The notes under the pieces: generated by a model
Told to the model about the DNA's origin: nothing
Seen by the model: the letters and a program-made list of their open reading frames with translations, nothing else
The model's database searches: none
Assembly: GCF_048593235.1 (NCBI RefSeq)
Contig: NC_133617.1
Coordinates: 397,300,067 to 397,364,066, forward strand
Length of the DNA stretch: 64,000 nucleotides
Source of the DNA: Sminthopsis crassicaudata
Taxonomy: Eukaryota
Direction of reading: 5' to 3'
Translations under genes and position numbers: made by a program
Part shown: one piece after another, positions 1-13,712 of the stretch
How the letters are laid out: each line of letters opens with the position of its first letter
Numbering within the stretch: the stretch's first letter is position 1

Positions 1-1593
1 AGTTTACCTCTCTTCGGGGAGCATGACACAGTGCAAGGGCAGAGCTGATTCTGGGGACCCCATGTTGGGTTGGGCCACAGAGATGGGCCCCCATCCTCCC
101 CTACGACATCCCTTTCTCCACTACAGAAGTGCCCCACCCCCTCATGGGCTTCTTCACAGGCCCCTTTGTCCGGGTCCCCTCCTTCCCCTATCTCTACAAC
201 AGACTCTTTGTCTCCCTGGGGTGGGAGGGGGTTGGGATCCCAGAGACCCTGAATGAGTAGCTTCCCACAATTCAGTTCCCCAGTTCCAGCTAGAGGAGAG
301 GAGGGGATGGTACACCTGAGCTGCAGGTTGTGGGGGGGGGGCAGGCTTTCTAGGCCATTACCTTGGTAATGCCACCTGAGCCTGGCGCCACACACTTGTT
401 GCCTAGGGAACAGGGCAGGCAGGGCCCCTCCCCTGGGAGATGCAAGAGCCCTTGGGCTGAGACTGAGACAGATCAAATTCCCTAGGTCCTGGGGGTGGAG
501 GGAAACAGAAACTAGGAGGGGGAGGAAAGGGGATGGGGACTGAAGAGAGATACTGGGGACAGGGGAGCTGAGCTTCTGTGAAATGGAGAGACTATTACAG
601 AAGGTAGGATGGGGTCACCAGAGTCAAGAGAGATAAGGAGGGACAAGGCATTGAGGGACTGAAATCTAGATTTGGGATTCAAGCTGTTTGACTTATTGCA
701 AGATATGCCCCCCTTTCTCAAGGGAACCCAAGGTAATAGCACCATGCCTTAATTTTTACTCTTCCATCTTTTTCTCTATAGCTTTGTTATTTGGAGGTTC
801 TCTATTACTTTCCCTTTTCCTTCCTATATAGGCATTGCAAACTCACCATGTAGCGTCCCCCCCTCTACAAGTGGCCCTAGAACCCACATTAGAGTCCTCT
901 GGGCACCCCCCAGCTCCACCCCCCACCTCCTTGTTGCTGTGGTTCCCCCAATCACCAGCTCCTAGACTCCCACTTCACTCCTCCCCTTGCTCCAGTCCTA
1001 TAACCACTCCTGCCCTTGCCCTTCCAGTTTCAAACACTTATGAAATCCTGGGGAGTAAGTCACCTAGACAAGGAGCATCAGGATTTGGGAGCTGACCCAA
1101 AGGAAAAACTATCGGATGTCCAGCCCCACTCCCAGCACACTAGACATCGAATGTAAAAAAGTCTCCCCGACTCATCCAGGGCAGAAACATAGACTAAGCA
1201 GGGGAGCATCAGACAGCTTCCTGGAAAGCGAACAGGAACAGAGGCAACTACAAAGACCTTTTTAGGGGAAAATAACCAGAATCCTTCAGGTAGGGGAAAA
1301 GGTTATTGATCAGATATAGGGATCAGCAAGCAACTGTGAAGAATCCAGTGCAAATGGAGATGTTTCTTGCACTTTAGAAGAAAAAACAGCAAAGCTGGAG
1401 AAGGGATCGGATCAAGATCTGTCATTGAGGAAGGAAGTAGCCCAGTCTCGGACAAGGGGATCATTGATGTAAGTGAGCCCTCTATTCCTTTACCATTAGG
1501 TGCTAAAAGAGCCTAGATTGTACTGGAAGCTTTTTGATCCTTTTCTCCCAAATTCTACCAAGGGTCATAAAGATTGAGAAGACCTAAGGGAAG

Positions 1594-2247
1594 ATGGCTT
1601 CAGCTGGGCTGGAACTCCTGGGCCTGACTCTAGTGGTGTTGGGCTGGCTGGGAACCCTAGTGTCCTGTGCCCTGCCCCTGTGGAAGGTCACAGCCTTCAT
1701 TGGCAACAGCATCGTGGTAGCCCAGGTGGTGTGGGAAGGTCTGTGGATGTCCTGTGTGGTCCAGAGCACCGGCCAGATGCAGTGCAAGGTGTATGACTCC
1801 CTGCTGGCTCTGCCCCAGGACCTACAGGCAGCTCGGGCCCTCTCTGTCATTGCTCTGATGCTTGCTTTGCTGGGTCTGCTGGTGGCTATCACTGGAGCCC
1901 AGTGTACCACATGTGTGGAAGACGAGACAGCCAAAGCAAGGATTGTTCTCACCTCAGGGATCATCTTCCTCATCTCTGGGATCTTGGTACTGATCCCTGT
2001 GTGCTGGACAGCCCATGCCATCATCCAGGACTTCTATAATCCCCTGGTGGCTGAAGCTCTGAAGCGGGAGTTGGGGGCTTCGCTTTACCTGGGCTGGGCA
2101 GCTGCTGCCCTGCTGATGCTAGGGGGAGGACTGTTGTGCTGCACTTGTCCCCCACCTCAGCCTGACCGGCCTAGGGGACCCCAGCTGGGATATTCTGCTG
2201 CTTCCCGATCAGGGGCTTCTGGTCTGGATAAACGGGATTATGTGTGA
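1594..2247 (+). CDS. CLDN9: Claudin-9, single coding exon, 217 aa
   Basis: Intact [13 protein letters not shown]...DKRDYV. Claudin ECL1 signature W-x-GLW-x2-C-x8-C, ECL2 [15 protein letters not shown]-terminal PDZ motif YV, good Kozak (aagATGG). Convergent with CLDN6 as in human. Confidence 0.95.
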   Translation: MASAGLELLGLTLVVLGWLGTLVSCALPLWKVTAFIGNSIVVAQVVWEGLWMSCVVQSTGQMQCKVYDSLLALPQDLQAARALSVIALMLALLGLLVAITGAQCTTCVEDETAKARIVLTSGIIFLISGILVLIPVCWTAHAIIQDFYNPLVAEALKRELGASLYLGWAAAALLMLGGGLLCCTCPPPQPDRPRGPQLGYSAASRSGASGLDKRDYV

Positions 2248-4231
2248 GAGACTGAAGAATCGGCATTCCGACTTCCACCCGAACAAGAACTCTTGAAAGT
2301 TATTTAAGGACATCTTTCTGAATTCATTGGCCAGAAGTGACCCTGGCTCCAGTGTTGGACTTGGTTTACTCTACTATTAGCATAAAATCTTAAGTCAATG
2401 GACCATTTCAATCTTAAGAACTCCCTATATGTATCATTAACCCTGAAGGAAATCTTATGTCTTTTATATATATAAAAAACCCTATTTGTAACTACATCCT
2501 AAACTGGAATAGAAACGCCTGTTTCATTGTATCATCATTGTCTTTCTTCCAATATTGGTTTCTCACCTACATAACAAGACCAACCTTATCTCAAAAAGTT
2601 TAAGTTGAGATCTAACTAGAAATGCACCCTAACAAGAATCCCTTTGTTCTGCCACTCCATTAAGATTAGATCTACCCTTCACCTCCCTCCCAGAATCCAA
2701 AAGGGAATTAAATCTCAGCCATCAAAATGGCTAACCCTAACCCTCCCCCCAATTCTAATATCCCAAACCCACTCACTGGGCTTAGTCCTACTTGGTTTCA
2801 ATTACCCGTCCCAATCTTCCTTTTCTGATCCTTTAGACCTTTACAAAGCTTTAATTTTCAGAGAAAAATTGTGCTTCTCTTACAAGATCTCATATACCTC
2901 ATGCATTAGGGCAAGTATTATTTTCTATTTTATAGAGAAAACAAATCCAGAGGTAAGTGGACTTACCTGATACTCCTTGGGCCCTGGGGAAGAGCTGGGT
3001 TTTGCAAGTTTCTGCTTTCTCTAGGTCAATACTCTTAACTCCACTCTTCTTTATCAGGTTCTAACAATGGAACCTCTCTTTTAGCCACAGTCCCCATGAA
3101 GGGTACCTACCCTTTCCTTAGAACAAAACATTGGATCCCTCAAGGAATAGTTCTCGCTCGTTGAACTCCCAGGTCCACCACCAGCATTTAGGTGAAGTCC
3201 TTGCCCAAATACTTTTTCCTCCTTTGTGGCTAAGAGCCCAGCTATCCAGTCACCCAGTTACTTGGACCTAGCAGCATCAGCTTGCAACTCTACCTATAAA
3301 CAGGAATAAAGGAAGTGTTTTGTAATTGGCCTCCATCTGATTTATATGTGGGGTTTTGATGGGAGGGTATGGGACATAACATACTATTGCACAGGTGGCC
3401 TTGACATTCTAGTCCCAGAATATTACCCAAGGGTAATCTCTGCTTCATTCCTAATGCCAGGACACTGCCCTATGGACCTGCATGCCTTGGGAATGCTCTT
3501 CAGTCCTCTCCTCCCACTATCTCAGGCCTCCATGCCCCCTCTTTAGCCACCCCAAAGTCAAGCAGTCTCCCACAAATAGAGACCATCATCTTTCAAGCAA
3601 GACAAATTTTATTCTAAAAAAAATCTCCAATCATGGAAACTACAAAAAAAAAAAAAGAGGGAGGGGAGGGGTTTGCAGGAAGAGTATGTTAAAAGCAGGA
3701 TACAAGAGCTGGTGGGGAGATCACATCCTGCCTTTTGGGAGTCCAAGGGGATCATAGTAGCTACCATAGTTCCCACAGAAGACCAAAAATGGCAAATAGA
3801 ATCTCGATGGCCCCGTTTTCCTGGAAGCTGGGGATAGTAAGATCAGAACACATTGAAGAACTTTGTTCTTGACAAGATTTGAATTCAGTCCCACAATCAA
3901 AGATGATTCTATCCATTTTCAGAGAAATAGCGTAGATCTTTGTGGTGCCATTATCCAGGAAAATATGCTGGAGCTCTTGGACAGAATTTCTGTAGCTCCT
4001 TACTCAAAGATGTCTGGAAGACTTTAGTATCAGTAGCAGCAGTAAAAACCAGGAAGGGATGTGGAATCATCCTTTGGCTCAGTCATCCAAGGGGTTTTAG
4101 TAGAAAGAAAAAAAAAAAAGCCAAAAATCTCCAAGACTGACAGGGGTCATCTTGGAAGGGAAGCAGTGGAAGGAGATCTCCCTTCTGTGAGGGAGTCATT
4201 TGTTTTCCTCCCTGCCCCCTTTCTTCCAGAT

Positions 4232-4900
4232 TCACACATAATTCTTGGTTGGGTATTCTGAAGGGCCTCGGGAGCCCCCTGGGGGAGGAGCAGAAGCAGA
4301 GTATCGGGCCACATAATGGTTTGTGCTCCTTGAGCTGCCAGAGGGGCAAGTGCAGCACAATAGCCCCCCACCTAGTAGAAAAAAGCCTGCAGCTGCCCAG
4401 CCCACGTAGAGGCTGTGTCCCAACTCCCGTTTCTGAGCGTCAGCCACCAGAGGGTTGTAGAAATCCCTGATAACCACGTGGGCAGTCCAGCACAGAGGGA
4501 TCAGGACCAGGATTGCTGAGATGAGGAAAATGATCCCTGAAGCCAGAACTAGTCGAGCCTTGGGTTCCTCGTCTTCTATGCACGTGGTGCACTTGGCCCC
4601 AGCAAGGTAGATGAGCAGGCCCACCAAGGCCAGAAGCAGAGCCACAACAGTGAGGGCCCGAGCTGCTTGCAGTTCCCGAGGCAGGGCCAGCAGGGAGTCA
4701 TACACCTTGCACTGCATCTGGCCGGTACTCTGGACCACACAATTCATCCAGAGGCCTTCCCACGTCACCTGGGACACCACGATGTTATTACCAATGAAGG
4801 CTGTGACTTTCCACATGGGCATGGCACAGGACACTATCATTGATATCCAGCCCAGTAATGAAAGGACTATGCCCAGGATCTGGAGGCCAGCAGAAGCCAT
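4232..4900 (-). CDS. CLDN6: Claudin-6, single coding exon, 222 aa
   Basis: Intact [13 protein letters not shown]...EYPTKNYV with claudin signature; C-terminal [10 protein letters not shown] is typical of CLDN6. Splice acceptor (cccttgcag) lies 20 nt upstream of the ATG, so the exon starts at 4920. Confidence 0.95.
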   Translation of the reverse strand: MASAGLQILGIVLSLLGWISMIVSCAMPMWKVTAFIGNNIVVSQVTWEGLWMNCVVQSTGQMQCKVYDSLLALPRELQAARALTVVALLLALVGLLIYLAGAKCTTCIEDEEPKARLVLASGIIFLISAILVLIPLCWTAHVVIRDFYNPLVADAQKRELGHSLYVGWAAAGFFLLGGGLLCCTCPSGSSRSTNHYVARYSASAPPPGGSRGPSEYPTKNYV

Positions 4901-5150
4901 GGATGAATTTAAGAGAAGACCTGCAAGGGTGAAGAGGGAAACAGTGAAGAGGGAAATTCTGGACTAGAAGCCTAATTCAGAACCAGTCCTAAATAGATCA
5001 TTTAGGTTAACCCACTTCATTTATTCAGTGGCTTCAAACTCTTTCATTAAATGGAGCCTTTATTAAGTAATCCCATCGATTGGATAAAGCCTCCTACTAT
5101 TATACAGTACAATAGCAGAAAACTTTTACTTTTAAGATTATAGTGGGAAG

Positions 5151-5290
5151 GGCCAGCTAGATGGTTAAGTGGATAGAACTCCAGCCCTGAAGTCAGGATG
5201 ACTGGAATTCAAATCTGGTGGCAGACACTTAACACTTCCTAGCAGTGTGACAAAGGGCAAGTCACTTAACCCCAGCCTCAGGGAAAAAAA
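5151..5290 (+). mobile_element. WSINE1-type tRNA-derived core SINE
   Basis: A/B-box head, core, ccccagcctcaggg + A tail. TSD t(a/g)tagtgggaag at 5139-5150 and 5291-5302. Confidence 0.85.
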
Positions 5291-8200
5291 TGTAGTGGGA
5301 AGAGTACAGAATTGGATGTTGTTAGAATTACTTGAATTTTAGTCCTCCATCTTCTATGACCTTAAGCAAACGACCTCTTTGATTCTTAAATTTCCCTTAG
5401 ATGGGTTGTAAGATCTCTAAGGTGTGCCTCTACTAGATATCTGAAAGCTGGGAAATCCATATACTGGAAACTCAGTAAAAGGGATAGCAGAAAACTAGTT
5501 AAGTTAAATTAGTGAAATTAAATAGGGCTTAGAACCCTGAAAGTTCAGCATAAAGATCTCAGGATAATCAAGGCAGGTTCATGCCTTAATTTCTGACAAA
5601 TTAGCCTCAACCATGTCAATGAATTCCTCTTTCAAAAACTCATTTCATCTTCTAGCCTCTTACTTTCTATAATCCTCTTTCCCACTGCAGAGTCCTAAGA
5701 CTTTGCTCATCAAATTAACTAGCTATTTCCCTAGTATCCATTGTGGAAAGAGACAGTGAAATCTGGGTTCTGATTCCAATTTTATTCTTGGACTAGTCAC
5801 TTTTCTCTGGCTTCAGTTTCCTCCTCTGAGGAAGAAGGGGGTGAAATCCTTAAGATTTCTTAATGTGAAGCAATATGCTCAAATTTTACTTTAGTTGTGT
5901 ATCTCTCTCATTCTCAGATTTGCTCACTATGATTACTTTTCCTTTCCAAGAGATTCAATTTGCTTGCATATCCATCAACCAAGTGTTGTACTAAGATTTT
6001 TTTGTTCCTAAATAGATCTAGGATAGGGATGGCCAGTGGAGAAGAAAAAAAAAAAATCAAATTCCACCTATTGTCCTCTATATCCTTTCCCAAAATAGAT
6101 TCTCACAGTTGGAAAGGACCTCAGAGGTCATCTTGTTCAACCTCCCACCCCATGCTGGAATCTCTTCCACAATTGTCCTGACAGTCAGCCAGCTTCTTTG
6201 TATCTCCAATATTGCTAAATCACAAGGCTGCTTAGTTCACTCTGCTTGCCACTGCTCCCCAGACTCTTTCTCATTCTAAGTGTTTTTGAGATTTATTTGC
6301 CTCATTGTCATTTCTATTTACCTAGGAAGCCAGATTATGATGCATACTGAGCTTGGAGTCCCCAGGCTCAGGTAACTTCCCACATTAACCACTGTCCAGT
6401 CCAATATCCTCCATATTGTATAGGTGTATGTGTGCTTTAAATATGGGATGTAGCAGTTATCCTTATAAATATGAATCATTTTAGTTTTGGATCTTGGCTA
6501 TAGGTGATATTTCCCCTTCCATCCCAGCTGGGCTCACTGATCCTTGGCATTTTCAGTTCCACTTTCACCCAAAGAACACCTTTTAATTTGAACTAGATTT
6601 AGAAACAGGTACCAAAACATTCTTAAGAATCTCTCACTGCACTCACCCCAGGGCAGGCCTTGGACACTCCCAGGTCGGCAGCTTAATGGACTTTATCTAC
6701 TAAGAAAGACCTCCCTCAAAGTCCCCCTCCCCCTTCAAGTTTCTCCTTTCACACACAAGTGCCTCCTCCCCCACCCCAATCCTAAAGAAGTTTCGGATCA
6801 AATCACTTCTCTACTCAATAACTTCAAAGGCTCCCCACAGCCTCCAGGATAAAGCTCAAATGCCTTAGTCTTAGATTCCCATACCCAAGGGCCACCACCT
6901 CGGCCCCAGCCCCTCCCTTCCAGCCCAATTCCTTCATCCATTTACTAAGTTCCTACTATGTGCCAAAATCCCCAGTGCTAGGCAGAGTACTTACAAGATT
7001 AAATACTTGGTTTCAGCCCTCCAGGGAATTCTAAATCTGCTCAACCCCCACGAGGTTCCAAGAGCCAGGAATGTGTCATTCCCCTCCCCCAATTCTACCT
7101 GCAGAGGCACACATAAGGTAGTAGGAAAATAGATGAATTTGGAGACAATGGTCTCAACAAGCTCCTTAGACATTTTCTCTCTCTGATCCCCTCAGTTTCT
7201 TGGACCTCCAAGATCCCCTCCAAGTTGAAATCTCAGCATATTCTATGAAGTCCCTTTCAGGCAGCTTCAGGTGCAATTCTCCGGCCATGAAGCCATCCTT
7301 GATACCTGAAATCTAGCCTTCCCATTTCTCCAGAAACTTTATTCCCAGCCATGTCTTTTTATATAGTCTCTTCCTTCTCCAACCATTCTTGTCAAACTAA
7401 TGTCCTCAAAAATCTTCAATGGCACCCCACAGCTCCTAGCACTGCCACATAATGTCTGGCATTAAAAGTCTATTTCCTCATTAAGTACTTTCACACTATC
7501 TGACAAGTTCCCAAGTCTGGGGATGCACTTTTTTCTCCAACTCTCAATCTTTCAGTTTCTTTCAAAGGGAGAATCCCTTTTTTCTAATCCTTAATTATTA
7601 GTGCTCCTTCTTAAATTATCTAGGCTTAACTTATGTACCAGTTGAATTCCCTCTAAGCACAAAGACTCAAATTAAGAGAAAGGAACAAAAACATGGAAGA
7701 TTGAAATTACAGATTCTCCCAATTTTCAAGAATGCCCGGACCCTAAAGTGGCCCTTACACGTGGTACAGATTTTTACACTTGTTGAATACTGTGGAATTG
7801 AAACTCAGATCGCCCTTCCCTTATTTCCCTCCAACTCCCCCAGAGTTAATAGCTCTTTGCATATAATTCACATTTATATATTGATTTAGTTGATCCTAAG
7901 GGGAGTAGCACAAATCTTCCCGATTTTATAAAGAGGTAACCCCTAGACCCAGAATTTGAACCCAGATCCTCTTGATGCCAGGATCGGGGCTTTTCCCACT
8001 ATACACTGATAGCTCTCTAATGGAAAATGCACAATTTCAGCCTCACACAACCAGGAGCTTCTAGGTTGTTTCCAAGCTCAACTCAAATATTAACTCTAAA
8101 GGTATTTTTGGTGATTCTCAGCTACCAGTGCCTGTACAATCTCTGAGAGAAATAAAAAGTTCCCATAGAGCAGTAACTTATTTTTGTCGTTGCGCCAGCA

Positions 8201-8970
8201 ATATCAGATACACCGCTAATCCAATCGCTAAAGTCCAGTTTTTCGTTTATTCTAAATACACCCAAGCTGAGTCCTAGTCTAGAGATGGCCCCCGGAGACC
8301 TAAATCTCACATCCAGGAAATTTCTTCTCTCTCCCCTCCCTTCCCAACCCCCAGAAGTCGTCAGGTGGTTTTACTAGGTCAGGTGTGGGAAGGGGGTCCA
8401 GGTAGGAGCAAGGGGAGCTCGTGGACCCTCCCACTCTACAGGGGTCGGAAGGGGCGGACACCAGACCCGAGCACAAGGATCTTCTTCAGCGGGAAGAGTG
8501 GCCCAGTCCGAAGGGTAGAGGGTGTTTGTATTGGGGGGTGGAGATGGGTTCGGGCCTTTTGTTCCGAGAGGGGGAGGGGAAAGTTGGTTTTTCTGGAAAT
8601 TTGGAGCAAAGATTAATACCTCCACTCCCTTGTAATTGTAGGAACTACGAGGAACCCGGGAAGATTGGTTTTACTTCAGTTCCTTCGGAACCTGGGAATT
8701 CGAATCGTATAGTTCTACTTCATTGGATGGGGGGGGGGGCTTCCGTCCTGCCCTAAAGACCCATTGGCTCCACTAGGACCCATGCTCCAAACCCAAACAT
8801 CTGACACTTCTAACCTAGGACCAAATCTCGGACTCTAAACCCGGGGGCTCCTCCACCGGACCCAACTACAGTGGTTGCTCCCGTACTGGACCCTTAGCGT
8901 CCAGCTGCTAGCCTTGCTGATGGGGGGGGGCAGCTCCCAATCGGTGGAAGGGCCAGAGTGCCAGACTCAC

Positions 8971-9015
8971 CTGCCTAGAAGAGAAACGAGTACAGCCAGA
9001 GATCAGGATAGAGTA
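8971..9015 (-). other. CLDN6: Probable non-coding exon 1 of CLDN6 (5' end approximate)
   Basis: Perfect minus-strand donor CAG|GTGAGT at 8971/8970, TATA-like TTTAAGA ~30 nt upstream (9041-9047), GC boxes nearby. Pairs with the acceptor at 4920. TSS is inferred. Confidence 0.6.
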
Positions 9016-9581
9016 TGGGGAAAGGGGGCGGAGGCGGGGGTCTTAAAGGCCGCGAATGCCCCCGTGACGTCACTGGCGACCCCGCCTTCCCCAGGGAGGG
9101 GCAGAGACCCCAGCCCCGAAGTCAGGCATCTGGGCTTCCTGAGAGAACCTGGGGATGAAAAAGCAGATCTCCGCGTTTCTCTGAATGAGAAATCGCTTAA
9201 CACAGGGTATGAATTGGGGACTGGAAAAAGATGCAACGGGCATTTGGCCGGACCAGGATGCCTGAGTTCTGGAAGGCCCGAGGGATTTGGCAGGGGAGTC
9301 AGAGCTTGGGGGGAAGAAGCACCAAGCACCAAGAAAGGCTGAGCTGCAGGGATGAGTCTCAGGAGGAGATACTCCGGAAAGGGCATTGAAAGCCGAGACA
9401 CTTGAATTCTTTTCGGGGATCGGGAGTTGGAGCACGGTGGACAGGCAACTGGTTGGGGGACTGGCCGCTACCCCTGGAGGCGGGGTCCGGACTGGGACCG
9501 CCCCGGATAGGGTGGGCGGCGGGCGTGCCTCCCTGAATGCGCGTCCCGGCTCAGAACGGGACCGGCCTCGGGAGGTACACC
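9016..9581. promoter_or_regulatory. Head-to-head CpG-rich promoter region for CLDN6 (-) and TNFRSF12A (+)
   Basis: GC boxes (ggggcggaggcgggg ~9025-9039; gggcggcgggcg ~9513-9524), palindromic CRE GTGACGTCAC at 9064-9073, elevated CpG. Confidence 0.7.
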
Positions 9582-11061
9582 ATGGCTCTGGGACCGCTAG
9601 TAGTGATCCTGGCGCTGATGGTGCTGAGATTGACTTGGGGAGAGCCAGCCTCAGGTAATGGGGTTGCCAGGCTAGGGGACACTGACACCTGTCTGGGAAG
9701 TGCCGGGGTGGAAGAGTTCCCGGGAAGTCTGCTGTGGGTGAAATGGGATAGTCAGGGTGGAAGAGGATGACTTTAGGGCACGCCTCCCCCAGAGCAGTTC
9801 TGAAATTAGGGTGCTGGAGACGAAGGAGACCCCTAGACTCTACCCTACTTGGCTGAGCGTGGGATGGAGGGGGGCACTCCACGTGGGCATCTCCGACCCG
9901 GACCGGTGAACACCCCGCCTCACAATGACTTCACGCCCCAGTAATGTGAGGAGGAGGGGTGAAAGCGGGGGGGATTGTCGGCCCAGCTCCCGGGACTGAG
10001 TCACAGACTGCTAGAAGGAGGGGGGGAGAGAAGAGTTGGATATCTCTTTTAACTACGCGGTGCCTCCCCCGCCTCCCTCCCCATCTCCTTCTCTGTCCGG
10101 TGTCCTCCACCTCTCCCCAAACTATGGTGTCTCTGCAGAAGCCGCTCCACTGAGCTCTAAAGACCCAGGCATCCTGCCTTCTCAGCCCTTCCAAATCTAG
10201 TTCTTTCAGAACCCGAGAGTCCTGCCCCTAGGCCTGCGGTCACCTGTCTGGAATGTCGGGGGGGGGGTGCTTGGGGGCTCTGATGTCTGGCTGGTCTGAC
10301 TCACCAGAAACTAGAGCTCTAGCCCTGACCTCAACCCCCGGAATAGCCCTGACCTCTCTCTCCTCTTACCACCTCCCCCCAGCCCATCCTGGGGAAGAAA
10401 GTGTAGAAGGCTCCTTCCCTCAACTTTCTCCCCTTTTTCTCCCCAGCACCCTCCCCCTGTCCCCAGGGCAGTTCTTGGAGCCCAGATTTGGACAAGTGCA
10501 TGGATTGTTCCTCCTGTCCAGCTCGACCCTACAGTGACTTTTGCCCTGGCTGTGAGTGAAAAAGAGCTGGAGGGAGACCAAGGGCATTTTTTTTGGGGGG
10601 GGGGGAGTGAGGAAGAACAGGGTAAGGTTTGAGAGAAAGATAACATTTAGGATGTGTAGATTAGATTTTTGGAGGGTGTAGACTGGATAGCTAGGGCAGT
10701 TTAGAGGGGAGGGGAAGGGTTTGAAAACTAGTAGTAGAGGTTTGTATTTGGAACCTTCAGTGACATCCTTTTTCTTTTCCCCAGGCACCACAGCACCTCC
10801 ACCCCCTTTTCCTCTGCTGTGGCCAGTCTTGGGAGGTACACTAGGATTGATACTCATTTTAGGGCTCCTTTCTGGCCTTCTGGTCTGGAGACAATGTCGA
10901 CAGAAAGAGAAGTTCACTAGTAAGTATACAACCTCCCTTGTCTCCTTCAGCTTCATATGTTGTTACCTGGTAGGATCCTAATGTTCCCATATACTTGGCT
11001 TATAGCTCCCATTGAAGAGACGGGAGGAGAAGGATGTCCAGGCACAGCTTTGATCCAGTGA
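9582..11061 (+). CDS. TNFRSF12A: TNF receptor superfamily member 12A (Fn14/TWEAK receptor), 122 aa; join(9582..9654,10447..10551,10785..10919,11006..11061)
   Basis: Four GT-AG exons in one frame: signal peptide, single cysteine-rich domain (CPQGSSWSPDLDKCMDCSSCPARPYSDFCPGC), TM helix, and tail with TRAF-binding PIEET (TPIEETGGEGCPGTALIQ*). AATAAA at 11943-11948. Confidence 0.95.
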
Positions 11062-12628
11062 CGGTGAGCTTTTTCATTTCTACCAGCCTTGGCAATGACC
11101 CAAAGTCCAGCACATTTACCCTATTCTAGACTACACTAACAGTGCCACACAAAACCCAATTCCTTTCATGGGTCTTGGGGGGGGGGCGGTTTAGGAGGGA
11201 AATGGGAGGACTATATACTGATTTGTGCCTTTTTTTTTTAAACCTCTCATTCATTCACTCACAGAGCTAAAACTCACTTGATACAGATGATGCATTTACT
11301 AATTCACTTGAGCACTTGGGGGCTGGAGGGGAAGGATTAGTATGTTTGCACAGGAACATCCCTGCCCACAAAGAATTTACAATTTCATTCTCTTTCTGAC
11401 AGATTTGGCCTGTTTCCAACTTTATCTAGTTATTGAGTGGATCTCTCCACCTTGGCGTTATGTTCTTGGATGAGTTATCCCTCCTCACACATTCTTCTTT
11501 TACTCTACAATTCTCTTCCTATACCCAGAAGAGAAGTAGGGACTCAAACCTGGGGTCTTATCCTGGGACTGCTCACTGGCTGAAGAATGCAACATTTGCA
11601 CAGTTGGAGGGGTTGGGGGGTGCTTCCCCTCCCCAACAATCACACTGCCACCTCCCTCCCCTGGCAGCACTAGGGGCTCTGAGCCAAGAAAATACCCCTT
11701 AAAAATAGGAGGCCAGATAGAACACTCAGGACCTTGATTTCCAGTCCCCTTACAAGTGCTGGGACAAGGCAGCTTTATCTTGTTGGAGGGACAGGGTACA
11801 GTACTCTATCCTCCTATAGTAGGGGCTGGTCCTCTAGGGAAGCTGGTCCTAGGGTCTTCCTCCTTTGGCCAGCCCACAAGGGGAGATATTTATTTGGGGG
11901 AGCAAATGGGGAAGGAGGGAGGGAGGGAATAGAATATGTATAAATAAAAGTTATTTTGATTTCAAATTTGATTTTTTTTTTTTTTTTATTTTATTTGAGT
12001 GGAGAGGTAAGACTCCCATTTCCCCTTCTGTACAAGGGTCTGAACTTATTCTTCCCTTAACAGAGATGGGCATCTCCATCCCCCTTTTTGGCTTGGTCCC
12101 CAACTGTTTCTGGCCACTGCAGGGAAGAGTTTGTGAGTCAGCCGGGGGTGGGGGCGGGGCCCTGACTCACACATTCTCAATGTCTGGGCGGGTCTAGCCC
12201 TGACTCGCTTTCCAGGGAAGACTGAAAAGGACCTGGGCATCTGTCCCTTTGGGCCCTTCTCCCCAGACAGCACCTCTCCCCTTCCCCTCCACCAATGAAG
12301 CTACTTGCTTTTTATTGCCCACCAATCTTTATTTTGCTTTCACAAAGGCCCCCTTCCCTAAGATGTTTCCCCCCCCACCCTTCTCCTGTGGTTCTATTTT
12401 CGCCACCATCCCTTAAATGTATGTGTATGTAACACACCTATTTCTAACCCGAAGGTGCTATTCTCTAGTTCTGTATACAATATATGGGTGTCTAGACACT
12501 CTTTGGTCTTTGAGTCTTGTTTTCCAGAGAAGGCCAGATTCTGCCCATCTGGATCCAACTCATGGAGTTGAAGTTGGGGGCACTGAGAGAGGCTTGTGTT
12601 CCTGAGGGACAGGGCAGTCATTTGAGGT

Positions 12629-13662
12629 TCAGAGCTCCATTGCCTCCCCACTATGGGGGTTGTGGTTTTGGTATACCTGGGTGCCTCCCAGTCTCAGCAG
12701 CCGAAGAATTTCTGGGATTTGGTTTCCTGGATATTGCCAGAGGAGCAGCTCTGAATGGGGATTCCTAAAAGCAAAAATTGTAGTCAGGGGGACTCAGTCC
12801 TATTACAAATCTTGGTACTTTCCCACTTTCCCTTCTCCGACACTTACAGGGCCAGAAGAAGGCTGGGGCAGAGTACCCCCAGATCCTCAGTTGAGTGAAA
12901 AGAGTCTTCCAAAGGCCTTGAGGGAAGAAAAGAGATAAGAGCTTGTTCAAAATTGCTGGCTAAATGTAGTAGTGACACTGAAAAGATGAAATTGGTCCTA
13001 GGCAGTAGCTGGAGCTAAGTAAGGCAGCTCTTGATTTGGGGAGGAATCCCAGGAATCTCAGACATGAAACTATAGCCCAAATCCAGTGTGAATGACCTTG
13101 TGGTAGAAATGGAGGGGGCATTCAAAAATGAATACTATCTTCATTCTAGTAAGGGAGATAAAATAGCTACAACTAAACAAGAGAGAATTTGGTAAGTGTA
13201 TACGTGGGAGAAGGCAAAAGGAAATTGATTCTGGCTGGGGATGTGAGGGTTCACAGGGACCTAGAATGATGGATAGGGCTTGGACAAAGACAACATAGAG
13301 GAAAGAAATGTGGAGGGTTTGAACAGAATGAGGAGTAACATGAAATAAGAAAGGTAAGAAGGCCCTACCTAATGAGTTTTGATCAGGTAAGGAATATAAA
13401 TTTTTATTTTGTGTTAATGCGAAGTCAGTGAATGTTCTGAAATTCAAAGAGTCATTACCTGATCACAGGTGGGGCTGGAGTGCCCATGGAGAAAGCTGCT
13501 GATGGGCAGTAGGGGTGATCACTGTCCAGACTGAGGTGAGAAAAATGGGAGACCATGTTCTCCTCAGACAGGAAATGCTTCTGAAGAGAGCTGCTGGAAA
13601 AAGAGACCAGGGAAATGGACTGGGAAAGAAGGCTTTTGGGAAGAAACTTTTGATTCCTATAA

Positions 13663-13712
<50 letters not shown>

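Noticed and set aside
1-1590. Short ORFs upstream of CLDN9
   Set aside because: Low-complexity Pro/Leu-rich translations without recognisable homology or coherent splice structure.
1584-2024. Antisense ORFs over CLDN9 and CLDN6 (also 4611-4967) that resemble each other
   Set aside because: Shadow ORFs of the paralogous claudin coding strands.
9070-9882. 270-aa minus-strand ORF and other Pro/Gly/Arg-rich ORFs in the CpG islands (14723-16099, 38953-39555)
   Set aside because: Stop-poor GC-rich promoter DNA overlapping real exons in other frames; no recognisable domain.
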